Positions 28,071-36,686 of a stretch of DNA of 46,353 nt are shown here, in pieces. The notes under the pieces were generated by a model. That model had not been told where the DNA came from. It was given only the letters and a program-made list of their open reading frames with translations, and searched no databases. The stretch comes from Clostridia bacterium (GTDB lineage Bacteria; Bacillota; Clostridia; Christensenellales; UBA1242): positions 1 through 46,353 of the forward strand of contig JAFSVR010000025.1 in NCBI GenBank assembly GCA_017444895.1. The letters are read 5' to 3'. The position numbers were made by a program, and so were the translations under genes. The stretch's first letter is position 1; each line of letters begins with the position of its first letter.

Positions 28071-28583
28071 CTATTTATTATCTTCCTCAGGAACCATAAT
28101 ATTAAGCCCCTCAGGCGTCAGCAAAAAGATATTACCACTAACACGCTGAGTGCTTCCATTAAGCGCATAAACTGCCCCACTAACAAAATCTAGCATTCTT
28201 TGGGCTTCATCATCAGAAATTCCATCCAGGTTCAATATTGCAGACTCGCCCTGCTTCAAATAATCAACCAATCGCTGAACTTCCTGATAGTTCTTTGGGT
28301 AAAAGAACACAACATTTTTTGTTCCATATCCCCCCATATTCTGTTGCCCCATATATGAACTAGAACTAAATTTTTCAGCGGTATTGAATTGGTCAGGGTC
28401 AGACGCAAAAGAAGTTGGCGTTCCAACAGTTTCGCCATCTGCATAGTCTGGGCTAGCGTATTCGGCATTTTCTTTATTTTTGCCTCTGCGCTTTTTTTCT
28501 TTTCGCCCAGCACCAGAAGCAGAGGAAGCATCTTCTTCCCCCTCAAAACCCATTCCTTTCATTAGCCAGTTAAAAAGCCCCAT
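28071..28583 (-). CDS. sepF: Cell division protein SepF
   Basis: Amphipathic N-terminus; PKNYQEV...LKQGESAILNL...AQRMLDFVSGAVYALNG...IFLLTP. Confidence 0.95.
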   Translation of the reverse strand: MGLFNWLMKGMGFEGEEDASSASGAGRKEKKRRGKNKENAEYASPDYADGETVGTPTSFASDPDQFNTAEKFSSSSYMGQQNMGGYGTKNVVFFYPKNYQEVQRLVDYLKQGESAILNLDGISDDEAQRMLDFVSGAVYALNGSTQRVSGNIFLLTPEGLNIMVPEEDNK

Positions 28584-28658
28584 TAGCCCTCACCTCAATA
28601 ATATAATAACATAATTTTATTTTTTAACAAATTATTTTTAACAAATTGTCAAATATTG

Positions 28659-29393
28659 TTAGTTAATTGTTCCCTCTAAACAACTCACTGAAAGATTATA
28701 TAATTCTATCATCTTAAAGCATAAACCTTTTAATCCTGAGGATCTCTGAGGTATTGTGTCAGATGAAGCAATAAAGTTTTTAAGGTCAAATATCAGCAAA
28801 TCGCATATTTCGTTCATAACATCATCAGTTTTGCTAAACTTATAAGACAAGTCATTAGCCTTTTCAAGCCAAACAAAAATCCTGCTAAAAACCTCTGCAT
28901 CACTTAGGTTTTCCAAATCTGAATCAATCGCAACTTGTCTTAGTGCATTAAACCCATCTTCAATTAAATGAATCATGTTTAGCCAATTTTCGTTGTTTTT
29001 GACCATTTTTTGCAGTTTTTGAGGCATAATTTGCGTTTTTATTTCAACAATTCCACCGCCAGCATTCTTTCTACAAACGCTTTCTGCATCTTCTCTGTTA
29101 GTATAAATAAACGCACAAACATAATAACCCTGTTGCGAATATACATAGCCAGCCCCGCCAAGATCTTTTTGATTAGCGCTTTCAGCTTCTGCCACTGCAC
29201 TACTGTCACAAAAAGCCGTATAGTATGCATACAATGTCTGGCCACTGGCAAACAAATATTTTTTTGTCTTCAAACTGATTCCAATAATCGTTCCAAACAA
29301 AACAACGCTTATGAAAATTGCTGAAAGAACAATCAGCATTGAGTTTTTATAAAACGTTTTTGCACCCCTATGTTTTGTCATACTTTCTTGCAA
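28659..29393 (-). CDS. Membrane-anchored hypothetical protein, likely sporulation-related
   Basis: One TM, GGAGYV...Y..REDAESV SPOR-like repeat pattern; sigma-E-like promoter upstream. Confidence 0.6.
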   Translation of the reverse strand: MQESMTKHRGAKTFYKNSMLIVLSAIFISVVLFGTIIGISLKTKKYLFASGQTLYAYYTAFCDSSAVAEAESANQKDLGGAGYVYSQQGYYVCAFIYTNREDAESVCRKNAGGGIVEIKTQIMPQKLQKMVKNNENWLNMIHLIEDGFNALRQVAIDSDLENLSDAEVFSRIFVWLEKANDLSYKFSKTDDVMNEICDLLIFDLKNFIASSDTIPQRSSGLKGLCFKMIELYNLSVSCLEGTIN

Positions 29394-29432
29394 TTTGAAT
29401 CATCCCCCACTTAAAATGGATTCGCTTGGTAA

Positions 29433-29460
29433 AGTCTATGCCAAAATGAGTGTGGTATGC
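29433..29460 (-). promoter_or_regulatory. Sigma-E-like promoter
   Basis: GCATA-15 nt-CATAGACT; a second weaker copy CAATA-15-CATATGAT at 29489-29462. Confidence 0.65.
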
Positions 29461-29551
29461 CATCATATGACAAACCCCTTCATATATTGGCAATATTCTT
29501 CTTTTGGCATAAGACAATACCAAGTAAAATTAAAAGAAAGGAGAACTATAT

Positions 29552-29842
29552 ATGAAAATTCAACCATTATTTGATCGCGTTTTGCTCAAGCCCATTGAAA
29601 GCAAAGAGAATCGGGCGAGTGGTCTAATCCTTCCAGAGTCAACAAGTGAACGGCCAAGACTTGGCGTTGTTGTTGCTCTTGGTGACGGCGGAGAAACCGA
29701 TGGAAAACCAACTAAAATGTATGTTAAAGAAAATGATATTGCCCTATTTTCACGCTATGGCGGAATAGATGTTAAAATTGACGAGGAGGACTATGTTATA
29801 GTTCGTCAAACTGACATTTTAGCAATTATGGAGGAAAACTAG
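29552..29842 (+). CDS. groES: Co-chaperonin GroES
   Basis: IQPLFDRVL...SGLILP...GVVVALGDG...DILA. Confidence 0.95.
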   Translation: MKIQPLFDRVLLKPIESKENRASGLILPESTSERPRLGVVVALGDGGETDGKPTKMYVKENDIALFSRYGGIDVKIDEEDYVIVRQTDILAIMEEN

Positions 29843-29843
29843 A

Positions 29844-31427
29844 ATGCCAAAGGCAATTATTTTTGGAAGAGAATCAAGAGAAGCGCTTAAAAAAGGGGTC
29901 GAAACGCTTTCTAGTTCAGTCAAAATCACATTAGGGCCAAGAGGACGAAACGCCGTTCTTGCAAAACCATATAGCTCTCCCCTAATAACCAATGATGGCG
30001 TTACAATTGCTAAAGAAATTGAGCTTAAAAACCCTTTTGAAAACGTTGGGGCAAACCTTGTTAAGGAGGTTAGCATCAAAACTAACGACACCGCAGGAGA
30101 TGGAACAACAACAGCAGTAGTTCTCGCGGAATCTATTTTTGCTGATGGTCTTGAAGCCATAAATCAAGGAGCAAGCCCAGTATTTCTTAAAAGTGGCATT
30201 GAAAAAGCAACTTCTGAAATAATAAAAAACATAAAGGCAATGAGCAAGCCAATCAACAGCAAAGAAGAAATTAAGCAAGTTGCAACCATTTCTTCTGCAA
30301 GCCAAGAAGTTGGAGAACTCATTGCCGAAGCAGTTAGCATTATTGGCGAAGATGGAGTCATAACAACAAGCGAATCTAACACCGAAAAAACCGAGCTTTC
30401 TGTTGTTGAAGGAATGCAGATAGATAGAGGATATATCAGCCCATATATGAACGAAAATGGCGACCAGCAAATTATTCTTCAAAGCCCTAAAATTCTTATA
30501 ACAGACAAAAAGCTCACAACGGCTAGCGATGTTTTGCCAATAATGGAAAAAGTTGCCTCGTCTTCATCCCCATTGCTTATTATTGCCGAAGACGTTGAAG
30601 GCGAAGCCCTGGCAACAATAATCTTAAATAAAGTTAGGGGCATATTCAACTGCGTTGCCATAAAAGCCCCATCTTTTGGGCAAAAACGCCTTTCTATTAT
30701 GTCTGACATAGCTGTTTTAACAGGTGCCAAATTCATATCAAAAGACTATGGTGAAGATATAAAAAACATAAGCATTGAAAAACTGGGTTCTGCAAAGACG
30801 GTTAAAATTTCAAAAGACTCAACAACCATCATTGATGGGGCTGGAAATGCTGACGAAATTGAAGCCAGAAAAACGCAAATTCGCTCGCAAATTGCAGAAA
30901 ATCCTGACGATTTTGACAAAACAACCCTTGAAGAGCGTTTAAGCAAACTAGGAAAAGGTGTTGCCGTAATTAAAGTTGGCGCTTTCAGCGAAGTTGAACT
31001 CAAAGAAAAGAAATTGCGAATTGAAGATGCCTTATCTGCAACAAAATCAGCAAGAGAAATGGGCATAATCATAGGTGGAGGTTCTGCCCTATTAAAAATA
31101 CAAAGCCAATTAAAAGAGTTCCCCGCCACGCTTTCTAATGATGAAAAGTTGGGGGCGCAAATTGTAATCAACGCCCTTTCTGCCCCAATTAAACAAATTT
31201 GTGCAAATGCTGGTGTTTCTGCCGAAGAAGTTATCAAAACCATATCCGAAAACAAAAACAGAAACCATGGATTTGATGCCAAAAACCTTTCATATTGCGA
31301 TATGTTTGAATCAGGCATTATTGACCCTGCATATGTTACAATATCTGCTCTATCCAATGCATCAAGCGTTTGTGCAACAATGCTTACAACTGAGGTCGTC
31401 ATAACTGATGAACAAAAGTCAGATTAA
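29844..31427 (+). CDS. groEL: Chaperonin GroEL (divergent, no GGM tail)
   Basis: TLGPRGRN, ITNDGVTIAKEI, AGDGTTTA, DRGYISPY, KKLRIEDAL. Confidence 0.95.
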   Translation: MPKAIIFGRESREALKKGVETLSSSVKITLGPRGRNAVLAKPYSSPLITNDGVTIAKEIELKNPFENVGANLVKEVSIKTNDTAGDGTTTAVVLAESIFADGLEAINQGASPVFLKSGIEKATSEIIKNIKAMSKPINSKEEIKQVATISSASQEVGELIAEAVSIIGEDGVITTSESNTEKTELSVVEGMQIDRGYISPYMNENGDQQIILQSPKILITDKKLTTASDVLPIMEKVASSSSPLLIIAEDVEGEALATIILNKVRGIFNCVAIKAPSFGQKRLSIMSDIAVLTGAKFISKDYGEDIKNISIEKLGSAKTVKISKDSTTIIDGAGNADEIEARKTQIRSQIAENPDDFDKTTLEERLSKLGKGVAVIKVGAFSEVELKEKKLRIEDALSATKSAREMGIIIGGGSALLKIQSQLKEFPATLSNDEKLGAQIVINALSAPIKQICANAGVSAEEVIKTISENKNRNHGFDAKNLSYCDMFESGIIDPAYVTISALSNASSVCATMLTTEVVITDEQKSD

Positions 31428-31435
31428 ACCTCATC

Positions 31436-31463
31436 AAAAAAGCCCCTATCGGGGCTCTTTTTT
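31436..31463. terminator. Bidirectional terminator
   Basis: A-tract-GCCCC-TATC-GGGGC-TC-T-tract. Confidence 0.85.
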
Positions 31464-31473
31464 ATGTTTCAAA

Positions 31474-32130
31474 TTAATTATCCTTTAAGAGGTCTTTCAT
31501 TATTTTTTCCAAACTATCAGTTGGATTAAGTGCTTCTTCAAAATCAAAAAGCGCTTCTTTTTTCTCTTTTTCCTTTTGTTCTTTCTTATGCTTCAAGAAT
31601 GTTTCAATTGTATCTTCTTCTTTCCTTGGCCTTCCTCGTTTTCTTTCTCCCAAACTGACTTTTGTATATTCATATAAAGAAAGCAACTTTAAGTATCTCT
31701 CTTCAAGCTTCTTTTCGTCATTTGATATATCCTCTGCCTTCTCTTGCGCATCGAGATCTGGCGTCTGCGTCACATCTTGTGAAAAAGACTTAATGGATTC
31801 AATTATATCTTCCAACTTAACAAGGTCTTCATCTTCAAGCTCTTCTTTACCTTTAATGCTTTCAAAGAAATCTTCAAGGTTTTCAATCTCAAGTGCCAAT
31901 CGAACATTAACGATATTCTCAAGATATTTGTTGCGTTTTTGATATTTTTCAATTGCAGTTGCAACATCAACCTCGTGCTTATCAGTTTCATCAAGTTGCT
32001 TTTGAAGCCTTATTATTTCCCCTTTAAGTTCAGAAATCTTATCTCGCTGTTTTGCAATTTTAATTTCACTTTCAGCAAGCATTTCCTTAACTTTATCATC
32101 AAACTCTCTTTGCGTATATAACTCTTCCAT
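31474..32130 (-). CDS. Coiled-coil protein with AT-hook motif
   Basis: E/K-rich heptads; RKRGRPRK near the C-terminus; starts 1 nt after the lgt stop. Confidence 0.75.
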   Translation of the reverse strand: MEELYTQREFDDKVKEMLAESEIKIAKQRDKISELKGEIIRLQKQLDETDKHEVDVATAIEKYQKRNKYLENIVNVRLALEIENLEDFFESIKGKEELEDEDLVKLEDIIESIKSFSQDVTQTPDLDAQEKAEDISNDEKKLEERYLKLLSLYEYTKVSLGERKRGRPRKEEDTIETFLKHKKEQKEKEKKEALFDFEEALNPTDSLEKIMKDLLKDN

Positions 32131-32131
32131 A

Positions 32132-32914
32132 TTATGCTTTCTCCACTTGTGTTTTTGCTTTCTTTTGCGATATAACCATCCAAATCACAATTGAAATACC
32201 TGCTAGTATAAACAAAACTGAAATCAATTGAGAAATTGGAACATTGCCCCATTTAAGAACATACTGCTTATCCCTGAAACTTTCAAGAATACTGCGTATA
32301 ACTCCGTAATAGATTAAATATGTTGCCGTGCAGATGCCTGTTTTTTTGGTTTTGAAATATAGAATCATTAAAATTGTAAAACCTATCAAATTCAAAACAA
32401 ACTCATAGAAAAACAATGCCATGTGCCACTGCCCATCAACTAAAACACTAACAGGGAAAAACTGCCAACTTGCATCACTGATAATTTTGCCATAAACCTC
32501 TTGATTAGCAAAATTTCCCCATCGTCCAATCGCCTGCGCAAGAATCAGAACAGGAACAATAAGGTCGCCAATTTTAAGAAAGTTATATTTCTTTACAGCA
32601 CACAAAATGGTGATGCCAATAACTCCACCTAAAATGGCGCCAATAATGCTCATTCCACCTTCCCTAAACTTAAAGAAATCTGCAATTGTTGTTCCAGGAT
32701 CAAAAATAACAGAAAACAACCTCGCACAGATTATACCCAAAGGAATTATTGCCAAAAAAATATCAATTGGCAAGTCTTTTGGAAGCCCCTTAACTTTAAG
32801 CAAGGCAAACGACAAAGCAAAGGCAATCAAAATGCTTGTTGCAATTATAATCCCATACCAATATATATCAACCGTCCCTATCGTGAACGCAACTCGGCCT
32901 AATATTTCATTCAT
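32132..32914 (-). CDS. lgt: Prolipoprotein diacylglyceryl transferase
   Basis: IYWYGII, ARL, GGMSIIGAILGG, QAIGRWGNFANQEVYG, R...E.FR. Confidence 0.95.
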   Translation of the reverse strand: MNEILGRVAFTIGTVDIYWYGIIIATSILIAFALSFALLKVKGLPKDLPIDIFLAIIPLGIICARLFSVIFDPGTTIADFFKFREGGMSIIGAILGGVIGITILCAVKKYNFLKIGDLIVPVLILAQAIGRWGNFANQEVYGKIISDASWQFFPVSVLVDGQWHMALFFYEFVLNLIGFTILMILYFKTKKTGICTATYLIYYGVIRSILESFRDKQYVLKWGNVPISQLISVLFILAGISIVIWMVISQKKAKTQVEKA

Positions 32915-32951
32915 AATATAATTATATATCACGACCAAAAATTTAGTCAAT

Positions 32952-32977
32952 AAAAAAGCACCCTTCTGGGTGCTTTT
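32952..32977 (-). terminator. Terminator
   Basis: AAAAGCACCC-N4-GGGTGCTTTT inverted repeat. Confidence 0.8.
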
Positions 32978-32988
32978 AATATGCTATT

Positions 32989-34104
32989 TTATCTTCTTGG
33001 AGCAGCATCATCATCGTGCGTATGAGTAGATTCTGAAAGGCCAGGAGTATGCCCCATGTCTTCACCTTGATAAGAAGTGTCTTCTTCTTGATTATCAGAA
33101 ACGCCAGTTGCGCCATTTCCTGATTGTTCAGTTGAAATCTGAGTTTGTGAAGAAGTGTTCTGCAATGCTTGGAGTTGAAGTTTAAGTTGATCATTTTCTT
33201 CTTTATAATGAACAAGGTCTTCGTTTAACCCCTCAATTGCTTCTTGTGCTGCTGCTAGGTCTTGTTGTGCTTGATCTCTTTCTGCACCAGCAGTTGCAAT
33301 TTTTTCTTCAAGAACCGCAACAAGTTCGGCAGGTGTTTGAACCCCATATTGATCCATCTTGTCTGCAATTTCGTTATAATAGTTCTCAAATTGAACTAAT
33401 CTATCAACTTCATTTGCAAGGTTCGTAAGCTCGTTTCTATAACCATCAACAAGAGCGCCCCACTGTTTTGCTTGAGCAATCTTTGTATCATCTGATTTTG
33501 CAATAGATGCAATATCATTCTTAAGACCTGTAAATGCTTCTTTAGACATTTCAAGAGCGGCCTTAAGCCCATCTTGAGCACTAACAGCACTTAGGTTATT
33601 GATAAGGGCATCAAGAGATGTTGTTAATCCTTCATTTTCTGCAAGAGCATCTTTCAAAGCTTCCTCATTAGCAGCGGCTGTAATTACATATGCTTTAACA
33701 ACAGTTTCAACATTTTGAAGCCACTCAACTTGATCATTAGTTCCCTCTTCTAGTTCGTCCATGTTTGGAACAACATTCTTAATTGTTGAGAAAAGTATTG
33801 GAAGAATTGAATCGTTCAAATTTTGATATTTTGTCTGCAATTCATCGTACATGCTTTTAACAACATAATTAGCATTAAGGTCTTCCTTGCTGATGTAATC
33901 AACATATTTGCTTCTTTCATCTTCTCTTGCAAGTCTTGCGGCTTCATCAGCCTTGCCATTCATGATGCTGCTTGTTGCAACATTAGCCCCAACAACGCCA
34001 CCAAAAAGAATTCCAGCAGCAACACCAAGCGTTATCCCAATTTTAGCCCCTTTGGAATTATCGCTCCAACGCTTGCCACCGTTATTTGCTTTATAAACTG
34101 CCAT
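32989..34104 (-). CDS. Membrane-anchored long coiled-coil protein
   Basis: Gly-rich N-terminal TM, A/E/L-rich heptads, acidic tail; ATG 34104 after GGAGG; TTGACA-17-TATTAT upstream. Confidence 0.75.
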   Translation of the reverse strand: MAVYKANNGGKRWSDNSKGAKIGITLGVAAGILFGGVVGANVATSSIMNGKADEAARLAREDERSKYVDYISKEDLNANYVVKSMYDELQTKYQNLNDSILPILFSTIKNVVPNMDELEEGTNDQVEWLQNVETVVKAYVITAAANEEALKDALAENEGLTTSLDALINNLSAVSAQDGLKAALEMSKEAFTGLKNDIASIAKSDDTKIAQAKQWGALVDGYRNELTNLANEVDRLVQFENYYNEIADKMDQYGVQTPAELVAVLEEKIATAGAERDQAQQDLAAAQEAIEGLNEDLVHYKEENDQLKLQLQALQNTSSQTQISTEQSGNGATGVSDNQEEDTSYQGEDMGHTPGLSESTHTHDDDAAPRR

Positions 34105-34235
34105 TATTTTTTCCTCCCCATCCAAAAACTTCAAGGTATCCTTTTTTAAGTTCGATTAATAATAACACAAAAAACAGCAAATGTCAATACACATGGCATA
34201 TTTTTTGCGGTTTTTAATTCATTTCAACATAAATA

Positions 34236-34637
34236 TTAAGAAATTATGCAAATTGCGTGAGCATAATCACCATCATGAGTGATATTTATGATAATTTCAG
34301 TCATTTTTAACTTTTCAAACCAAGCCTTTGCCTTGCCATACAAAACGATAAAAGGCGCACCTTGATCATCATGCAAAACCTCAACATCCTTAAAACCAAT
34401 ACCGTTGTTAACCCCAACACCAATTGCCTTCAAAACGGCCTCTTTTGAAGCATACAGCCCCGCCATGGTATTAAGTTCTGGCGGGTTCTTTTTTATGCTT
34501 ATAGGATTCATTCCCTTTTTGCTTTCAATATAAGCAATCTCTTGATCAGTGAATATCCTGCTAAGTTTATTTTTATTATCAATAAAACTCTTAAATCTTT
34601 CAATCACAATCAAGTCAGTCCCAACTTTCATCATCAT
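34236..34637 (-). CDS. acpS: Holo-ACP synthase
   Basis: VGTDLI.IERF, IFT.QE, AG.YASKEAVLKAIG.G, GAP, ITHD. Confidence 0.93.
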   Translation of the reverse strand: MMMKVGTDLIVIERFKSFIDNKNKLSRIFTDQEIAYIESKKGMNPISIKKNPPELNTMAGLYASKEAVLKAIGVGVNNGIGFKDVEVLHDDQGAPFIVLYGKAKAWFEKLKMTEIIINITHDGDYAHAICIIS

Positions 34638-35231
34638 ATCCTCCCAAATATTGGTTTATATCATCAAATTTGAAGCCCTTCCCCGCCAAATACCTTGTCA
34701 ACTTCTGCATATTTTCTGGCGTTTTATCTTTGTTTTTGAGATATTTTGCAGAAATTTGGCTAATCTTTTCCAATTCACCGCTATCTTTTTGCTCATTTAG
34801 TGCAAATTGTATAAAATCATCACTGATGCCCTTTTGGTGGAGTTTTTGCTTAATCTGTAAACGGCTTTTTAACCCGGCATTTCAACATAAGTTTTTGCAT
34901 ATGCTTCATCATCAATATAACCATATTCTTCAAGTTTGCACGTTGCACAACCAGCAACTTCTTCATCATATCCTTTACTTTTAAGTTTTGTTAATAGTTC
35001 GCTTTTTGAATATATCCGCCCACTAATAAGTTTCAAAAGATATTCAGTTGCTCGTTTAGTTTCACTTTCAACAATAATGCGTTTTAGTTCATCCTCATCA
35101 ACATTTTGGCCAACTTTAAGTCTGTTTGCAACAACAGTTTCAACCATTAGCCCACAAAAAAAGGCGTTATCAATGAAAACGCTTGCTCTTTTTTTGTTTC
35201 GTTGAACCTCAATTTTTGTTATAACGCCCAT
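34615..35231 (-). pseudogene. recX: Regulatory protein RecX, split by a 1-nt frameshift near 34880
   Basis: N-half ends LEEYGYIDDEAYAKTYVE; the -1 frame continues KSRLQIKQKLHQKGIS...KLTRYLAGKGFKFDDI...WD* to 34615. Confidence 0.8.
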
Positions 35232-35867
35232 TTAATCCACTTTGAAAAAAGCCGAATCAACCTTAGAACACAAAAATTCATCTTGCATTTTAAGTTTAAG
35301 TTCGCTAATATGCTTATCTGCAGATTGAGAAGGAATAGCAATTCTCAATTTAACACACTCCCCATATTCTGCAGAAATAATCGTGATTTTATTATCTCTT
35401 AGGTATGTTCCAATTGGAACGAAGTCCGGATACTTAACCGTCAAGGCATAAACAGCGCAGTCAACCATGTGTGCAACTTTCGCACCGGCAAGCGCTTCTT
35501 TTGCGGCCGTGTGGTAGGCTCTTAGGAGCCTGCTTGCCCCCAGTTTTATTCCTCCAAAATATCTAACAACTGCAACCAACGTATCAGTGAGCCCACTTTG
35601 CGCAAGCGCTTGGCTTATTGGAACACCTGCAGTTCCAGCCGGCTCGCCATCATCATTGTTTTTTGTTATTGACTTATCTATGCCCAAGCAATAGCCATAG
35701 CAAATATGCTTTGCATCCTTATTTGCTTTTTTGAGGCTCGCCAAAAAACTATCAATTTGCTCTTGATTTTCAACATGGGTTACAACGCCAATAAAACGAG
35801 ATTTTTTCTCATCATATTCAATTGCGCTGGTTTGTTCAATTGTTCTGTATTCTTTTATCCCTGCCAC
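35232..35867 (-). CDS. YigZ/IMPACT family protein
   Basis: EKKSRFIG, DAKHICYGY, DDGEPAGTAG.P, VVRYFGGIKLGA. Confidence 0.93.
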   Translation of the reverse strand: MAGIKEYRTIEQTSAIEYDEKKSRFIGVVTHVENQEQIDSFLASLKKANKDAKHICYGYCLGIDKSITKNNDDGEPAGTAGVPISQALAQSGLTDTLVAVVRYFGGIKLGASRLLRAYHTAAKEALAGAKVAHMVDCAVYALTVKYPDFVPIGTYLRDNKITIISAEYGECVKLRIAIPSQSADKHISELKLKMQDEFLCSKVDSAFFKVD

Positions 35868-35988
35868 TATCCTATCCTCTCCTTATAATATACCATAATC
35901 AGCAAAATTATCAAAACAATTTTATCGCGCTTATTTATTTGTTGTTTTGTTCATAATTTGCTATAATCTAGGCGTAAAGGAGAAAACT

Positions 35989-36681
35989 ATGAATTATTCA
36001 AAACATATTCAAACTATGTGTCCACTTTCTTCAGGTGGGATTCATCAAAATGCACCCATCCCAGAAGAAGGATTATGGATCCACGCAAAAGAAATCAAAG
36101 ATATTTCTGGATTAACACATGGCGTTGGAACCTGTGCCCCACAACAAGGCGCCTGCAAACTCACGCTTAACATCAAAAACGGAATCATTGAAGAAGCGCT
36201 TGTTGAAACGGTTGGTTGCAGTGGAATGACACATAGCGCTGCAATGGCCGGAGAAATTTTGCCGGGAAAAACCATTTTGGAAGCTCTTAACACAGACCTT
36301 GTTTGTGATGCCATCAATGTTGCAATGAGGGAACTTTTTTTGCAAATAGTTTATGGTCGCTCTCAATCTGCATTTTCCCTTAATGGTCTTGAAATTGGTG
36401 CTGGGCTAGAAGATCTTGGCAAAGGGCTGTCAAGCCAAGTGGGAACAATTTATTCAACTCGCGCAAAAGGGCCAAGATACCTTAATGTTGCTGAGGGATA
36501 TATAACAAAACTCGCATTGGATCAGAATAAAGAAATAATTGGATATGAGTATGTTGCAATTGGGAAAATGATGGCCGATATTAAAAAAGGTATTAACCCT
36601 GCTGATGCAATTGCTCAAAACACTAAAAAATATGGGAGATTTGATGACGCTGTCAGCGTGATCGATCCAAGAAAGGAGTAA
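35989..36681 (+). CDS. NifU/IscU-N-like protein partnered with the GGGtGRT protein
   Basis: CAPQQGACKLTLN...GCSGMTHS...LVCDAIN; ATG 35989 after AAGGAG. Confidence 0.8.
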   Translation: MNYSKHIQTMCPLSSGGIHQNAPIPEEGLWIHAKEIKDISGLTHGVGTCAPQQGACKLTLNIKNGIIEEALVETVGCSGMTHSAAMAGEILPGKTILEALNTDLVCDAINVAMRELFLQIVYGRSQSAFSLNGLEIGAGLEDLGKGLSSQVGTIYSTRAKGPRYLNVAEGYITKLALDQNKEIIGYEYVAIGKMMADIKKGINPADAIAQNTKKYGRFDDAVSVIDPRKE

Positions 36682-36686
36682 GATTT

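Noticed and set aside
30746-31402. Long antisense ORFs, here opposite groEL, with many similar ones elsewhere
   Set aside because: Mirror frames of well-conserved genes with no RBS or motifs
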